From: a virus
Strand: one strand, 5' to 3'
Length of the DNA stretch: 64,000 bases
IMG/VR virus record: IMGVR_UViG_3300027852_000031
Span: 90,250 to 154,249 of that record
Part shown: piece by piece, positions 1 to 10,191 of the stretch
How positions within the stretch are numbered: the first letter of the stretch is position 1
Layout: every line of letters starts with the position of its first letter
Made by a program: the position numbers and the translations under genes
The notes under the pieces: generated by a model
What the model was told of the DNA's origin: nothing
The model's input: the letters and a program-made list of their open reading frames with translations, nothing else
The model's database searches: none

Positions 1-776
1 ACTATTGGACAACCCACCGACATAGCTTCTAATAGAGAGAACGGGCACGACGACCAAATAGTTGTGTTCAAATACACAGAAGCCTTTCGGTAAAGTTCTC
101 TGAGGTGATCTGAGTTGTCCGCCATTTTTGACAGCCCAGGTGTATCTCCCCAAGGATTTACCTCTAGACCACTTGTTACCTCTTTCCATAACGAGAATCC
201 ACAAATACGATCCCGTGCTATGTAATTCCATACAGCTGTCATTACCCTACTATCGCCACCCACCCATCCATTCCAATAGTCTGTGTCCATACCGTGGTGG
301 ATTATTTGTACATCCTTATCTTCGGTATTATGAAACCATGCTTCAACCGAAAAATCAGAAACAAATATGTTGTGGTCGCATGGCAGGTGACCAACATTTC
401 GTATTGTCTTTTCGTCCCAATCTGGCCACGGTAGTGTATGCTCCATTTGTAGCAAAGGACAATTTAACTGTTTGGCTAACTGCACCATTATTGGATAGTG
501 TTCAACACGATTTTGTGTTAATACTAAATCAAACGATATATCCATACTCAGTTGACTTGGGATATCTTTTCCCTGTAAGATGAAAAAGTTTGGAGGCAAC
601 GGTCGTTCTTTTTGGTCCCATGGATGAAATTTGGGATGTTGCAAAACATAAAAGTTATGACCAGTTTTAGCCAGTGTTGCGCTGTACGCTTCATGATTAT
701 TACTGTATAGTATATTCAATGGCTTTGATATATCCCTGTTGATACTTCTTAATATCGCAGATAATGATGATGCCAT
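1..776 (-). CDS. GT4-family (GT-B) glycosyltransferase, 3' end truncated by window edge
   Basis: Not in ORF track; manual translation from ATG at 776 (MASSLSAILRSINR...) stays open to position 1 and ends ...ASVYLNTTIWSSCPFSLLEAMSVGCPI, a GT4 C-terminal motif. Confidence 0.8.
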   Translation of the reverse strand, partial: MASSLSAILRSINRDISKPLNILYSNNHEAYSATLAKTGHNFYVLQHPKFHPWDQKERPLPPNFFILQGKDIPSQLSMDISFDLVLTQNRVEHYPIMVQLAKQLNCPLLQMEHTLPWPDWDEKTIRNVGHLPCDHNIFVSDFSVEAWFHNTEDKDVQIIHHGMDTDYWNGWVGGDSRVMTAVWNYIARDRICGFSLWKEVTSGLEVNPWGDTPGLSKMADNSDHLRELYRKASVYLNTTIWSSCPFSLLEAMSVGCPI

Positions 777-780
777 ATTT

Positions 781-1959
781 CTACAACTCCAAAAGATTTT
801 TCGCTATTAAACCAACTTTTTCATAACTATATTTAAACGCCCTATGTCTAGCCATTTGTCCTACCGCCGCAAGCGATCCGTTTTGCCATTTTTCATATGC
901 CTGTTTCATACAGGAGATAAAATGACATATATCTGGTTCAAACCAATACTCATCACCAGTATAAAGATCTGGGTAACTTTCTGTGTGGCCAAAACATGGT
1001 GTCAATTGCCCGTTGACAAGCCATCCTCCATCTGCTACATTGTCATTTGAAAACCGATTTGTTGTTGGTCTCCATGATGCAATTGCAGAACTGCTCAGCA
1101 GTTCTGGGGATGATCCCCAATTGCTTAGTATCGCTGGATTTCCAAACCCAAGAGCGTCATGGGCAGGAATTCCCCACGCCTCTCCATGACTAGCAGATAC
1201 AAAAACATCACCAGTTTTATGTAGTTGATTGATTTTTTCGTCTGGCAAAAAATCAGTTATACATGCTACTGGTGGATAATACGAATGTCTCGCATAGATA
1301 TGTATGGATTTTTTGATATCAGCGATTGTCTCTTTTATTATGCCCATGGTTTCTTCTGGTGATTTGCCTGGAATATTGGCCTTTATTACCAGAACGACAT
1401 CGTCTCGCAATGTAAATGCGCTGTAGAACGCTCGTATTGTGGCAATTATGTTTTTCCTACGACTCATCTCTCCTATCGTATAAAAGACACATTTATTAGA
1501 CAACTTTGGAATTTGTAGTGGCTTAGTATCGGCATTAAATTTAGAAGTATCACATGCGCATGGCATTTTTCTTATTGGAACCTTTACTCCACTATTTTTT
1601 GCCGCCTGTGTATTTTGTATTGATGGTACCCATATTTCGTCCATTATGTTACAGCAATGGGGCCAATTAGATCTACGAAAATGTGTAGTTTCCCAATCAA
1701 ATATTCCTATATTTTTCACACCATATTTGTACTCGAAAAAGTTAGGAAGAATATGTTGTATAACCACTTCTACATTATCAACAGATTTATCCTCTAAATG
1801 TAATACTTTCTTTGCCAAATCACGATTGGTGGTTTGAGATAAACTGACAGATCTTGATACTACATCTAAACCGGCAGATTCTAACGCCAACATATTGTTC
1901 ACGGCTTGGTGCGCATATCCTGTACCATCTTTACATACGCTTATATATGCGATTTTCAT
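781..1959 (-). CDS. GT4-family glycosyltransferase
   Basis: WETT, RKNI and DVFVSASHGEAWGIPAHDALGFG (EX7E-like) motifs. Confidence 0.85.
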   Translation of the reverse strand: MKIAYISVCKDGTGYAHQAVNNMLALESAGLDVVSRSVSLSQTTNRDLAKKVLHLEDKSVDNVEVVIQHILPNFFEYKYGVKNIGIFDWETTHFRRSNWPHCCNIMDEIWVPSIQNTQAAKNSGVKVPIRKMPCACDTSKFNADTKPLQIPKLSNKCVFYTIGEMSRRKNIIATIRAFYSAFTLRDDVVLVIKANIPGKSPEETMGIIKETIADIKKSIHIYARHSYYPPVACITDFLPDEKINQLHKTGDVFVSASHGEAWGIPAHDALGFGNPAILSNWGSSPELLSSSAIASWRPTTNRFSNDNVADGGWLVNGQLTPCFGHTESYPDLYTGDEYWFEPDICHFISCMKQAYEKWQNGSLAAVGQMARHRAFKYSYEKVGLIAKNLLEL

Positions 1960-4721
1960 TATATCACCGATATCTTTAATTCATCAGGGTCTAATTTTGA
2001 CAAAGAGGCGAAACGCTTTTGTTCAAATGCATTACCGTGTTTTACCATTTCTATAAAATGGTCAATCATCGCTCGACGATCAAATGGGACACGTTTATCA
2101 CCAACCGTTCTTGAACCACTATTGAGTGATTGTAGCCATTCTCCAGCGAAATGAGTATTAATCATATCTGGGCGTTTCCAGATTTTGCCAATTACCCAAT
2201 TAACAAATTCATTGTTGTTCATATCATTAGTTGGTGGGATCAAATTCGGTTGGTTGATTTTTGGTGTAGACCGAAGCCACGTATCATTTACATCATTTAT
2301 GGATGTTTCTCGAATAACTTGTGCCCAAATAGCGGCTGTGCGCTCCCATCCCCTACGACGCATCTGTTGGGTCTGTCCGTATGTGTCGACTAGTTCTTCA
2401 ATGTACTCTCTCGTTCGATGAGATTTATTATTTCTGACTTCTTCTGTTTGCTTTAAAAATCGGTCAAGCTTATTGGCAAAATCTTTGTTGCTTGGCAGTG
2501 CTCGTTTTTGTTCTGTCTCGATAATCGATTCCCAGAAAAATCTTTCTACCTCTATAGGAATAGATGTGGGATTCTTCAAATGGTCTTCCATGGCTGAATA
2601 ATTTACTGCCATTGTGGGTACACCACACGCCTGAGCTTCAACGCATGGCATCCCAAAACCCTCGCAGTTATGGGACATACCACATATGGTATTGTAATTA
2701 TGATCATCCTCAACATCTATGGTTATCACATCACCATTAAAATCGCTCTGGTTGGAGGATGCCACTTTTGTTAATACAAATCCATCTCTATATAATGTCT
2801 CGTGTGATTTTCGCTGCCCATCAGTACGGATTTCAAAACGATACATTGGAAGTTTGCCATCTCGATACTGTATAGAGCACGAGTAATACCAGCCAAGACG
2901 CTCAAGAATTGGACCTACCATCTTTGCTATATGGACAGAAGTAGTGCAATACACGTTAAGCCATTCTTTTTTCTGATGTCCATCTCCAAACATTAGTCCT
3001 TCGACTAATTTTTGTTGAAGATCAATTGGCCACATATGACATCTGTCTGGTAATTGTTTTGTTTTGTCTTGATGATAACAAATATTCCTCAATTGATCTC
3101 GCAGTTTGGTATCACATATGTTTGTAGCAACTGCCTTTCTATCCTTGACTTTTGACTGACGGGCTTTTTTGTTAATTTTTTTGGCGATTTTATTTGATAC
3201 TTCCAACACGTGAGATGCTTCTGTTTCGTGCGATGTTATCGTACATTGCCCACATGTGGTATTTGCATGGCCGTCCGCAGCAAATAGTCCAAGATAGTAT
3301 GCCATGTTTTCATCCATAAACGGAAGATCATAATCTGGCAAAATTTCTTCTTCGGGAATTCTACTAGCCAACAAATCCCCAGGTTGCAGTTCATCTGTTC
3401 TTTTATAGACAAATTTTAATTCAGGACATTGTGTCCCTCTATTTTTATGATAACGTTCACGATTAACAATGCTTTCAGTACCTTTTGATAAACCAGTTTT
3501 GTCAACAACCAGCCATGGATGATTATCCGTTGCTGTTACAGACCAAGGTCTACCTTTAACTGAAATATCAAAACATTGATTAGGTTTACTGTGCATTGTT
3601 TTGTAGACACGATGAAGCTTCCCGTCCCTGCCGACAACTTTGTCGCCGACAACTATATTGCCTATATTATTCCACCCATCAGAAGTCATAACGGGAGTAC
3701 CAGGGTGTAAACAGATAGAGTATTGCACATACAGATCAAACGTTTTCATAATATCGGCCAATATATGTCTTGGGCAAAAATGATTAGCATTTGGTGGATG
3801 TGCTGCTAATTTGCCACATTTACGACATATCGCCATATCTCCCTCAAAAAAGGCTGGGTATACTGCTTGGCAATTGCCGCAAATATAAGTCATAATGACC
3901 TTGTTGCAAATTTTAAAATCTCTAATTGCTTTGCCTATGTCATACCCAACGTCTGGGTAGCTGGTATGTAAATACAAGAATGTACGATTTGCTAGCTGTG
4001 TATGCCCCTTAGTTTTGGAATGATATAGCCATTGACTGAAAGCCTCAATCAAATCATAGTATAACTTGCGTTTTTGGTTACGCATCACGGTGCCGACTAT
4101 GATAGAATTTGGGTCTATACCAAGCTTTGATTTATGAGCCCTTTTATCTGGTGGTGGTTTAAAAACATCAAGGTCTGCACCAGGAGATGCTATGGTAACC
4201 AAATTAGTATCTCTGCGTCCTGTTCTTTTTAGTAAGTCCATGCCATACTGAGAATATGTTAATATGGAATCGCACTGTTGATATGAGTCTAACCATAGTT
4301 CTCTTTGTGGCTCTCCGTCGATTGTCGGCATCCAGATAAATGAGAAATATTTTCTAGTAGGAGAACGTAATACGAATTCGTCCATCCACCAGTCTCGTAT
4401 GCCGCAGACAATGTCTGGCTGGAAATCTATACACACATCTTCAAATCTCCATTCACCAAACTGGTTAGTTGGGCCAGCCATATATTGTTGCATAGCTCTT
4501 TGATCACTACGAGGAGGAGCTACAGCATAAAATTTCCATGGTACTTGTTGACACCTTGGGTCATCATCGTGGGCGTAGCTTCCAATCTCCGCTATCTCAA
4601 ATTCACAAGTATCATGCAGCCGTTTGATTACTTCATGCCAATATGTGCTAAAACCAGTAGCTAAAAAACTGGCTTCACCTATGAATAACACACGTTTTTT
4701 TTGTTTAGATTCCATACCCAC
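1959..4721 (-). CDS. GT4-family glycosyltransferase with zinc ribbon and intein
   Basis: TGFSTY N-terminus, MRNQKRK, CGNC..CRKC; after intein removal YVQYSI|CEGFGMPCVEAQACG (EX7E). Confidence 0.85.
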   Translation of the reverse strand: MGMESKQKKRVLFIGEASFLATGFSTYWHEVIKRLHDTCEFEIAEIGSYAHDDDPRCQQVPWKFYAVAPPRSDQRAMQQYMAGPTNQFGEWRFEDVCIDFQPDIVCGIRDWWMDEFVLRSPTRKYFSFIWMPTIDGEPQRELWLDSYQQCDSILTYSQYGMDLLKRTGRRDTNLVTIASPGADLDVFKPPPDKRAHKSKLGIDPNSIIVGTVMRNQKRKLYYDLIEAFSQWLYHSKTKGHTQLANRTFLYLHTSYPDVGYDIGKAIRDFKICNKVIMTYICGNCQAVYPAFFEGDMAICRKCGKLAAHPPNANHFCPRHILADIMKTFDLYVQYSICLHPGTPVMTSDGWNNIGNIVVGDKVVGRDGKLHRVYKTMHSKPNQCFDISVKGRPWSVTATDNHPWLVVDKTGLSKGTESIVNRERYHKNRGTQCPELKFVYKRTDELQPGDLLASRIPEEEILPDYDLPFMDENMAYYLGLFAADGHANTTCGQCTITSHETEASHVLEVSNKIAKKINKKARQSKVKDRKAVATNICDTKLRDQLRNICYHQDKTKQLPDRCHMWPIDLQQKLVEGLMFGDGHQKKEWLNVYCTTSVHIAKMVGPILERLGWYYSCSIQYRDGKLPMYRFEIRTDGQRKSHETLYRDGFVLTKVASSNQSDFNGDVITIDVEDDHNYNTICGMSHNCEGFGMPCVEAQACGVPTMAVNYSAMEDHLKNPTSIPIEVERFFWESIIETEQKRALPSNKDFANKLDRFLKQTEEVRNNKSHRTREYIEELVDTYGQTQQMRRRGWERTAAIWAQVIRETSINDVNDTWLRSTPKINQPNLIPPTNDMNNNEFVNWVIGKIWKRPDMINTHFAGEWLQSLNSGSRTVGDKRVPFDRRAMIDHFIEMVKHGNAFEQKRFASLSKLDPDELKISVI
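2667..3713 (-). mobile_element. Intein (349 aa) with LAGLIDADG endonuclease in glycosyltransferase
   Basis: Starts CLHPGTPV, block B ATDNHPW, LGLFAADG and GLMFGDG, ends DVEDDHNY...SHN followed by Cys. Confidence 0.92.
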
Positions 4722-5295
4722 TCCGAGTTAGCCGATGTCTCATTTTGCGATATTTTTCCCATCTACGTCTACGGGTTTTCCCGATAGCAACTTTATTTTC
4801 GCACAATTGATCACATATTACATCCTTATCTTGATCGGTCAATATACCCGAAGATAACATATCATCAAAAGCTGAAAACTGATCCACGCATTGCTCTTGT
4901 TCACCAAAAACATTATGAATCGACTGTGTGTTAACAAGAGATTTAAGATGACCAATAGAATTGTTTGGTATATCTAGTTGATCACAAATTTCTGCATCCG
5001 TCTTGCCATCTAGCATCAATCTAGAAATTGATCTAATTTTTCTTTTTAATTCTCGTGGTGCCGATACAATACAAAATGAATCAATAGCGGCGTTTCGCAT
5101 AGCACGACAAATAGATACCAACGCATATGCTTCGAAATTATCCGTCTGTGGATTAGTTTGCTTTATCTCAGCAAGGGTTAGATAACCAATTTGAATATAA
5201 TCTTCTTGATCGGCACAACCACTTGGATATAGATTTACAATTTTTTTAGCAAATTTAACGATAAAATCAGCTAATGACTTGTGCATTTCATTCAT
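4705..5295 (-). CDS. Small sigma-70-like RNA polymerase sigma factor
   Basis: DQEDYIQIGYLTL...FEAYA...RAMRN region-2-like motif and TDAEICDQLDI HTH. Confidence 0.6.
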   Translation of the reverse strand: MNEMHKSLADFIVKFAKKIVNLYPSGCADQEDYIQIGYLTLAEIKQTNPQTDNFEAYALVSICRAMRNAAIDSFCIVSAPRELKRKIRSISRLMLDGKTDAEICDQLDIPNNSIGHLKSLVNTQSIHNVFGEQEQCVDQFSAFDDMLSSGILTDQDKDVICDQLCENKVAIGKTRRRRWEKYRKMRHRLTRSGYGI

Positions 5296-5322
5296 ATAGG
5301 TTTCGTTGACTTATCCTATAAT

Positions 5323-5787
5323 TTAAAACGGAATATCCATATCGTCTATCGTATCGTTGTCGGGAACTTGTGCCGCAACCGGTGCCGCTGCTGGTGTTTC
5401 GGTATTAGTAGTGGCTACAGTCGGTTGGCTGGTGTTATCACCATTTCTCTTACCATTTTTTTCACATAACTGAAAATCTCGCAAATTCAGAGAGTAGGAT
5501 ATTCTCTTTTGCTTATTCTTGTCTTCCCATGTCTCTTGCTTGAGGTGTCCATGTACATATATTGGCTGCCCCCTCTTAACCAGTTCGGCCATCTTGGTTG
5601 ATTTATTACCCCAGATTTGAGCCTTGATAAAACAAGTTTCTGTTTGCCATTCCTTGTTCTTATCCTGATAATTACGGTTGAAAGCTAAGTTAACCGTACA
5701 AACAGATGCACCATTTTGACCGACTTGTCTCAATTCGGCATCAGCCGTTGCGACCCCAACTCCAAAACTGACTAATTCTGCCATCAT
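5323..5787 (-). CDS. ssb: Single-stranded DNA-binding protein
   Basis: OB-fold motifs (DAELRQ, LAFNR, GQPIYVHGHL..TWEDK) and acidic tail DDMDIPF. Confidence 0.95.
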   Translation of the reverse strand: MMAELVSFGVGVATADAELRQVGQNGASVCTVNLAFNRNYQDKNKEWQTETCFIKAQIWGNKSTKMAELVKRGQPIYVHGHLKQETWEDKNKQKRISYSLNLRDFQLCEKNGKRNGDNTSQPTVATTNTETPAAAPVAAQVPDNDTIDDMDIPF

Positions 5788-5818
5788 TACACCTTTCTAA
5801 TATGCCATGTGTTTACTG

Positions 5819-5847
5819 ATTATACAGTGAAATCAAAATTATGTTTC
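5819..5847 (-). promoter_or_regulatory. Putative phage promoter GAAACA-N17-TATAAT upstream of ssb
   Basis: Intergenic; same motif and spacing recur at several gene starts. Confidence 0.6.
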
Positions 5848-5852
5848 GTACA

Positions 5853-7799
5853 TTATATTAATTTCTGTATATCGCGCACAATGAAACTGCCGTTTTGTTT
5901 TTTCCCGTATACCAAACATATGATATTGGGCATGCACATACCCTTAAGTTGCATAAAAACATCTGGGAATACAACCGCATGATCTATAGAATATGTAGAA
6001 TCAGATACTGTAAGAAAACACATTGGTTGTCCAGGATTTTTACCTCTTTTTGTTTTTGTGTGCTTGACACTATCGATTATAGCGCAAACCACAGCATCTT
6101 CGTTATTTGGTAACTGTGCCAATTCTAAACACGTGTGGGTAGACAAACTATCATCCGCATCATCGGCTGGGGAGCAAGACAATGAAATACCAAGGAAATG
6201 TTTTTCTGCAGTAGCGCTGGCTGTATTGGTATCCATAATGGGAGTAGATAATATTTCTGCTTTGGACATCATGATTTGACGTCTTGCATCGCTTGAACAT
6301 GGTGGTTTAATTTTTATGTCTTTATATCCATTTTTTTGTAGCAATTCTATTATCTGTGACTTTGTTTTACTCTTCAAATTTTTTAACCATTCTATTTTTT
6401 CGGATGGTGTAGTGTGGAGGAACACTCCACCATCATCGAGCATAATCCCATCACAAATTCCTACTGAATCAAAAAACCCATTAGATAATTCTAATAATTC
6501 ATTCTTTAACATTTGAGCTAAGGATTTGTTTTTTGGGTCTGGGGACTTTGACATGGACGATATAATTTCTCTGGCTGTTTGACCAGAAGTCTTTAGCTTA
6601 TCAAAGAAATATTCTCTTTCTTTTGGTGTTAATCCTTTGATTTCTTTTTTGTGTCCATTTTCATCGTGAGTTGTTGTCCCTAGTACTACTTCTAATTCTC
6701 TTATCATCTCACTACGTTGCATATCGTAACAGTCGCATGCGCCAGATTTTATTAATGCTATACCAACGTTTCTATGAAAGTCAGGTACCGATGCCAGAAA
6801 ATCACCCCAAGTTGCTAAGCTGGATTTGTTGACCCTTTCGCTATCTGCAATAATATCGACAACATGTGTTCTTGCTGCGACATTTGTACAACCTCCGTGA
6901 TTCATTATGGATTCGTCCAATGGGTCCATTCCTTGCGTTGTGGCTGCTGTTATAATTTTTTCAATGGCAGAGGTGCCAACGCCCCTAATGTGGGACAGAC
7001 CGAATGCTACGCCCTTGTGTGGCACGTCTGTCATTTGGAAGTGGGTATTCCCACGCCTAATATCTGGCGGGAATATATCGACACCGAAAAGTCTAGAATC
7101 TTGGACAAGATTATAGATTTCTTCTTTTGGATCACCCTTATATTGCGAATAAGTTAAGTAGCTTGTGAAAAATTCATGTGGGAAATGACATTTAAGCCAA
7201 CTAGTTTGATAGGAAATCATTCCGTAAGATATTGCATGGGATTTATTGAATGAATATCGTTGACATTTTTCGATCCACCCAAATATCTCTTCAGCAATTT
7301 GTTTGGATATGCCACGATGATTATTGGCGCCATCAACAAATTTGCTTTTTAAAGTAGCCATTAACTCTGGCTTTTTTTTGCCGATGGCTTTTCGGAGTTC
7401 ATCTGCCATCTCAGGGCTAAAACCAGCCAAATCTATCGCTATCCTAAGTGCTTGTTCCTGATAAACCATACACCCATACGTTGAATCAAGAATGTCTTTA
7501 AGGGATGGGTGTAAATATGATATCTTTTTTTTACCAAATTTGATATCTACATAATCTTGTGAGAGTCCAGATTCTAATGGACCGGGACGGAGTAATGATA
7601 TTAAGGCTGCCAATTCCTCCAAACTCTTTGGTCTCACCTTTTGAGACCAGTCTTGGCCTAGCTTTTTCTCTAGTTGGAACACGCCTATCGTATGACCACC
7701 AGCCAATAATCGCCATACAGCAGGGCAATCTAACGGTATATGGTTGATGTCAAATTTCCCGACTTCAACCTGGCATGCACAATTTGTAAATTTAATCAT
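5853..7799 (-). CDS. dnaE: DNA polymerase III alpha, C-terminal half (fingers, HhH, OB)
   Basis: GVFQLE, LLRPGP, TYGCMVYQEQ, LRKAIGKKK, YSFNKSHA, GLSHIRGVG, C-terminal OB fold. Confidence 0.93.
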   Translation of the reverse strand: MIKFTNCACQVEVGKFDINHIPLDCPAVWRLLAGGHTIGVFQLEKKLGQDWSQKVRPKSLEELAALISLLRPGPLESGLSQDYVDIKFGKKKISYLHPSLKDILDSTYGCMVYQEQALRIAIDLAGFSPEMADELRKAIGKKKPELMATLKSKFVDGANNHRGISKQIAEEIFGWIEKCQRYSFNKSHAISYGMISYQTSWLKCHFPHEFFTSYLTYSQYKGDPKEEIYNLVQDSRLFGVDIFPPDIRRGNTHFQMTDVPHKGVAFGLSHIRGVGTSAIEKIITAATTQGMDPLDESIMNHGGCTNVAARTHVVDIIADSERVNKSSLATWGDFLASVPDFHRNVGIALIKSGACDCYDMQRSEMIRELEVVLGTTTHDENGHKKEIKGLTPKEREYFFDKLKTSGQTAREIISSMSKSPDPKNKSLAQMLKNELLELSNGFFDSVGICDGIMLDDGGVFLHTTPSEKIEWLKNLKSKTKSQIIELLQKNGYKDIKIKPPCSSDARRQIMMSKAEILSTPIMDTNTASATAEKHFLGISLSCSPADDADDSLSTHTCLELAQLPNNEDAVVCAIIDSVKHTKTKRGKNPGQPMCFLTVSDSTYSIDHAVVFPDVFMQLKGMCMPNIICLVYGKKQNGSFIVRDIQKLI

Positions 7800-7804
7800 G
7801 ATAT

Positions 7805-7833
7805 ATTATACTTGCGATGGATGGTTTTGTTTC
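7805..7833 (-). promoter_or_regulatory. Putative promoter GAAACA-N17-TATAAT upstream of dnaE C-half
   Basis: Exact motif; -10 ends 5 nt before the ATG. Confidence 0.6.
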
Positions 7834-7838
7834 ACTTT

Positions 7839-8786
7839 TTATAGTTCTATCCCCAATTCGGATAGTTGATTTCTAATATTACCCCATAGTTGGTCCGATA
7901 ATCCACCATCGGTTTGAATAGCATAGTATTCTAAGTGTATATTATACCCATCGGTAGCTATTCTGGTAGTCAGATCTGTATTGACAAGGGCTGTGTCACA
8001 TATGTCTTGTAGATCGGATAAATCAGATTTTACGGCTAGATAATGTTCTCCTGGCACCAATTTATTCAGCCATTCTATCTCGTCGAGACAGCATGATACA
8101 ACTACAGATCCTACTCCGAGACTTTCGAATAATCTATATGTTAATGGACTATTGCCTGGCATACATATTGACAATAACGTCCTGTTAATAGCATTTAGAT
8201 AGAATACCCTTGGCCGATGACCCGTTTCGATTCCGCTGATATCTCGCAAAATAGCCCCCGGTTCCTGTCCCACTATTCCACCAATAAACCATGGGTTGGG
8301 TTTTAAAATTTTACAGGCACGTATTCGTAGGTTATCTTCTGATTGTTCCGATCCAGTTGGCAAACCCCAAAAACACGCTTTAGGCTCTTTCTCTGCTTTG
8401 CTAGGTAGTCCACCAATAAGGAATGGATGAATAGTTAGTTTCTTGTCTAAAATTCGTGTATCATATTCTGCTGGATCGTTAGACCACTGTATTTTGGCAA
8501 AAGCAGTTGTCTTGTTAATGAGTTCATCCGGCAAACCACTTAGGTTGAATAGATTTAAATCTCCAAGAGATATTAGTATAATTTTGCCACGGAAAGATAG
8601 CATAGACGCAATCATCTCTTTATCTAAACGATGTGGCCAAATGCAATCAACGAACCATATGTCAGCATTGCAGGGGTCACATAGCTGGTGTCCATATCGC
8701 AACAATGTTTTAATTAATGCATCCATACGCAAAGGCGTAGATACATGTATCATAGAAACAGCTATTTTCATTTTACCAACTCCCAT
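7839..8786 (-). CDS. Glycosyltransferase-like protein (CgeB/GT90-like C-terminus)
   Basis: TYRLFESLGVGSVV and LVPGEHYLAVKSDLSDL..RIATDG motifs. Confidence 0.6.
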   Translation of the reverse strand: MGVGKMKIAVSMIHVSTPLRMDALIKTLLRYGHQLCDPCNADIWFVDCIWPHRLDKEMIASMLSFRGKIILISLGDLNLFNLSGLPDELINKTTAFAKIQWSNDPAEYDTRILDKKLTIHPFLIGGLPSKAEKEPKACFWGLPTGSEQSEDNLRIRACKILKPNPWFIGGIVGQEPGAILRDISGIETGHRPRVFYLNAINRTLLSICMPGNSPLTYRLFESLGVGSVVVSCCLDEIEWLNKLVPGEHYLAVKSDLSDLQDICDTALVNTDLTTRIATDGYNIHLEYYAIQTDGGLSDQLWGNIRNQLSELGIEL

Positions 8787-9493
8787 TACACAAATTTATA
8801 TTCAAATTTTTGCACAAGGTATTGATCATTATTCGTAACATATTTAACTAATTTGTCATCATAGTAATCGCCATATGGTTGATGTGTAGATTGATTAATC
8901 ATAGGGGTTGTTTTTAGTTTATCTATCTGATCGTCATTTAACGGTATATTCCTAGTTATGAAAAACTCTATGATATCATGTATCAATCTCTCTGTTTTAC
9001 ACAAATATATGTTGTCTTCAATTAGATTTGTACCAGAACAGATAGGCCATGTTTGAAAAACAACCTGCGGGTTTGTACAATAACTTTCTATATATCTATA
9101 TGTATACACACCCATCTGGAGTCTGTTAATCAAGCCGAAATCCACATTATGAATTTTATGTTGTATAGATTTTACAGTATCCATAAATTCATAAAAAGTC
9201 GTATTCGTACCATTTTTGTGAAGTTGCCAAAAATGACCCTGTGGATTGCGTTGTGTTCCTGCATACCAGGATACATACCATTCCCATGGATTTCGAATCG
9301 TTCCGATAATAGGTTTACGTCGGTGTATTCTAGGTATATCCTTTACTTGGTCGTGCGGAGTACCAGTATATTTGGCGCCAGCGATATTTTCTAAAAAATA
9401 AGTTCTCAAAAATGATCCTGCACATTTTTGTAAATGTATGCAAATAAATTCTGGTGTTATTATCATTCTTTCCTCCACAGCAAATCCATACAC
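8786..9493 (-). CDS. Sulfotransferase-family protein
   Basis: 5'-PSB-like HLQKCAGS and 3'-PB-like IRNPWEWYVSWY. Confidence 0.7.
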   Translation of the reverse strand: MYGFAVEERMIITPEFICIHLQKCAGSFLRTYFLENIAGAKYTGTPHDQVKDIPRIHRRKPIIGTIRNPWEWYVSWYAGTQRNPQGHFWQLHKNGTNTTFYEFMDTVKSIQHKIHNVDFGLINRLQMGVYTYRYIESYCTNPQVVFQTWPICSGTNLIEDNIYLCKTERLIHDIIEFFITRNIPLNDDQIDKLKTTPMINQSTHQPYGDYYDDKLVKYVTNNDQYLVQKFEYKFV

Positions 9494-10191
9494 GGTATTC
9501 TAGTATCTAGATATGATTCCGATATTATACTCATTTTATTAATATTGCCGAGAGTCACCAAAGATGACGGATTAAACTCTACCGTGTGTCCATGTTCGCA
9601 GAATTTTTCTATATCTTTTGGTTCTTTGATTGGTACACGAATATGTATATATCCACCGAGCTTCAACATATTGCTGACTATCTTGAGTGTTTCGACAGGA
9701 TCTATCATGTGTTCCAATGTATTCCAAAAAACAGCAAGATCAAAATCAGTATCAAAAACACATGGTGATTCTTCAATAAATCCATGGAAAATATCAATTC
9801 CATAAACTCGACGAGCCCATTGAACGGCAGATAAGCTTATTTCGTTACCATAGACTTCCCATTGACGATCTTGGGCAGCTTTCATTACAAAACCACCAGC
9901 AGCACCAACATCATACAACTTGCCTGGCGACATGTATAATTCCAATTCATCTAATTGTAAATTGGCATTATCTATGCGTTTTTGCATTTTTTGTGCGCTC
10001 GAACAAGCACTAAGCATCATATTACTCAATAATCGTCTTGTCTCATTTTTACTGTGGGCATTAAGATTATAATGTATTCCACATATTGCGCATTGTTGAA
10101 AATTCCTGACAATACCGCCAGTTAGTTGTTTATTACATATTTTACAAATCAATGATTCAGTCCTTGCAAATATCACGCAATTTCGCAACAT
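9463..10191 (-). CDS. Class I SAM-dependent methyltransferase with N-terminal Cys pairs
   Basis: YDVGAAGG, FWNTLEHMIDP, LKLGG; CKIC..CAIC. Confidence 0.85.
   Translation of the reverse strand: MLRNCVIFARTESLICKICNKQLTGGIVRNFQQCAICGIHYNLNAHSKNETRRLLSNMMLSACSSAQKMQKRIDNANLQLDELELYMSPGKLYDVGAAGGFVMKAAQDRQWEVYGNEISLSAVQWARRVYGIDIFHGFIEESPCVFDTDFDLAVFWNTLEHMIDPVETLKIVSNMLKLGGYIHIRVPIKEPKDIEKFCEHGHTVEFNPSSLVTLGNINKMSIISESYLDTRIPCMDLLWRKE

Noticed and set aside
128-583. 151 aa plus-strand ORF and the many other short plus-strand ORFs
   Set aside because: Antisense to well-supported minus-strand genes and without motifs; only 55953-56147 has its own SD and space
7700-7799. MIKF start of the DnaE C-half resembles split-intein IntC (MIKI...)
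   Set aside because: No block F/G residues or HN/SN-Cys junction at the expected distance, and the N-half has no IntN
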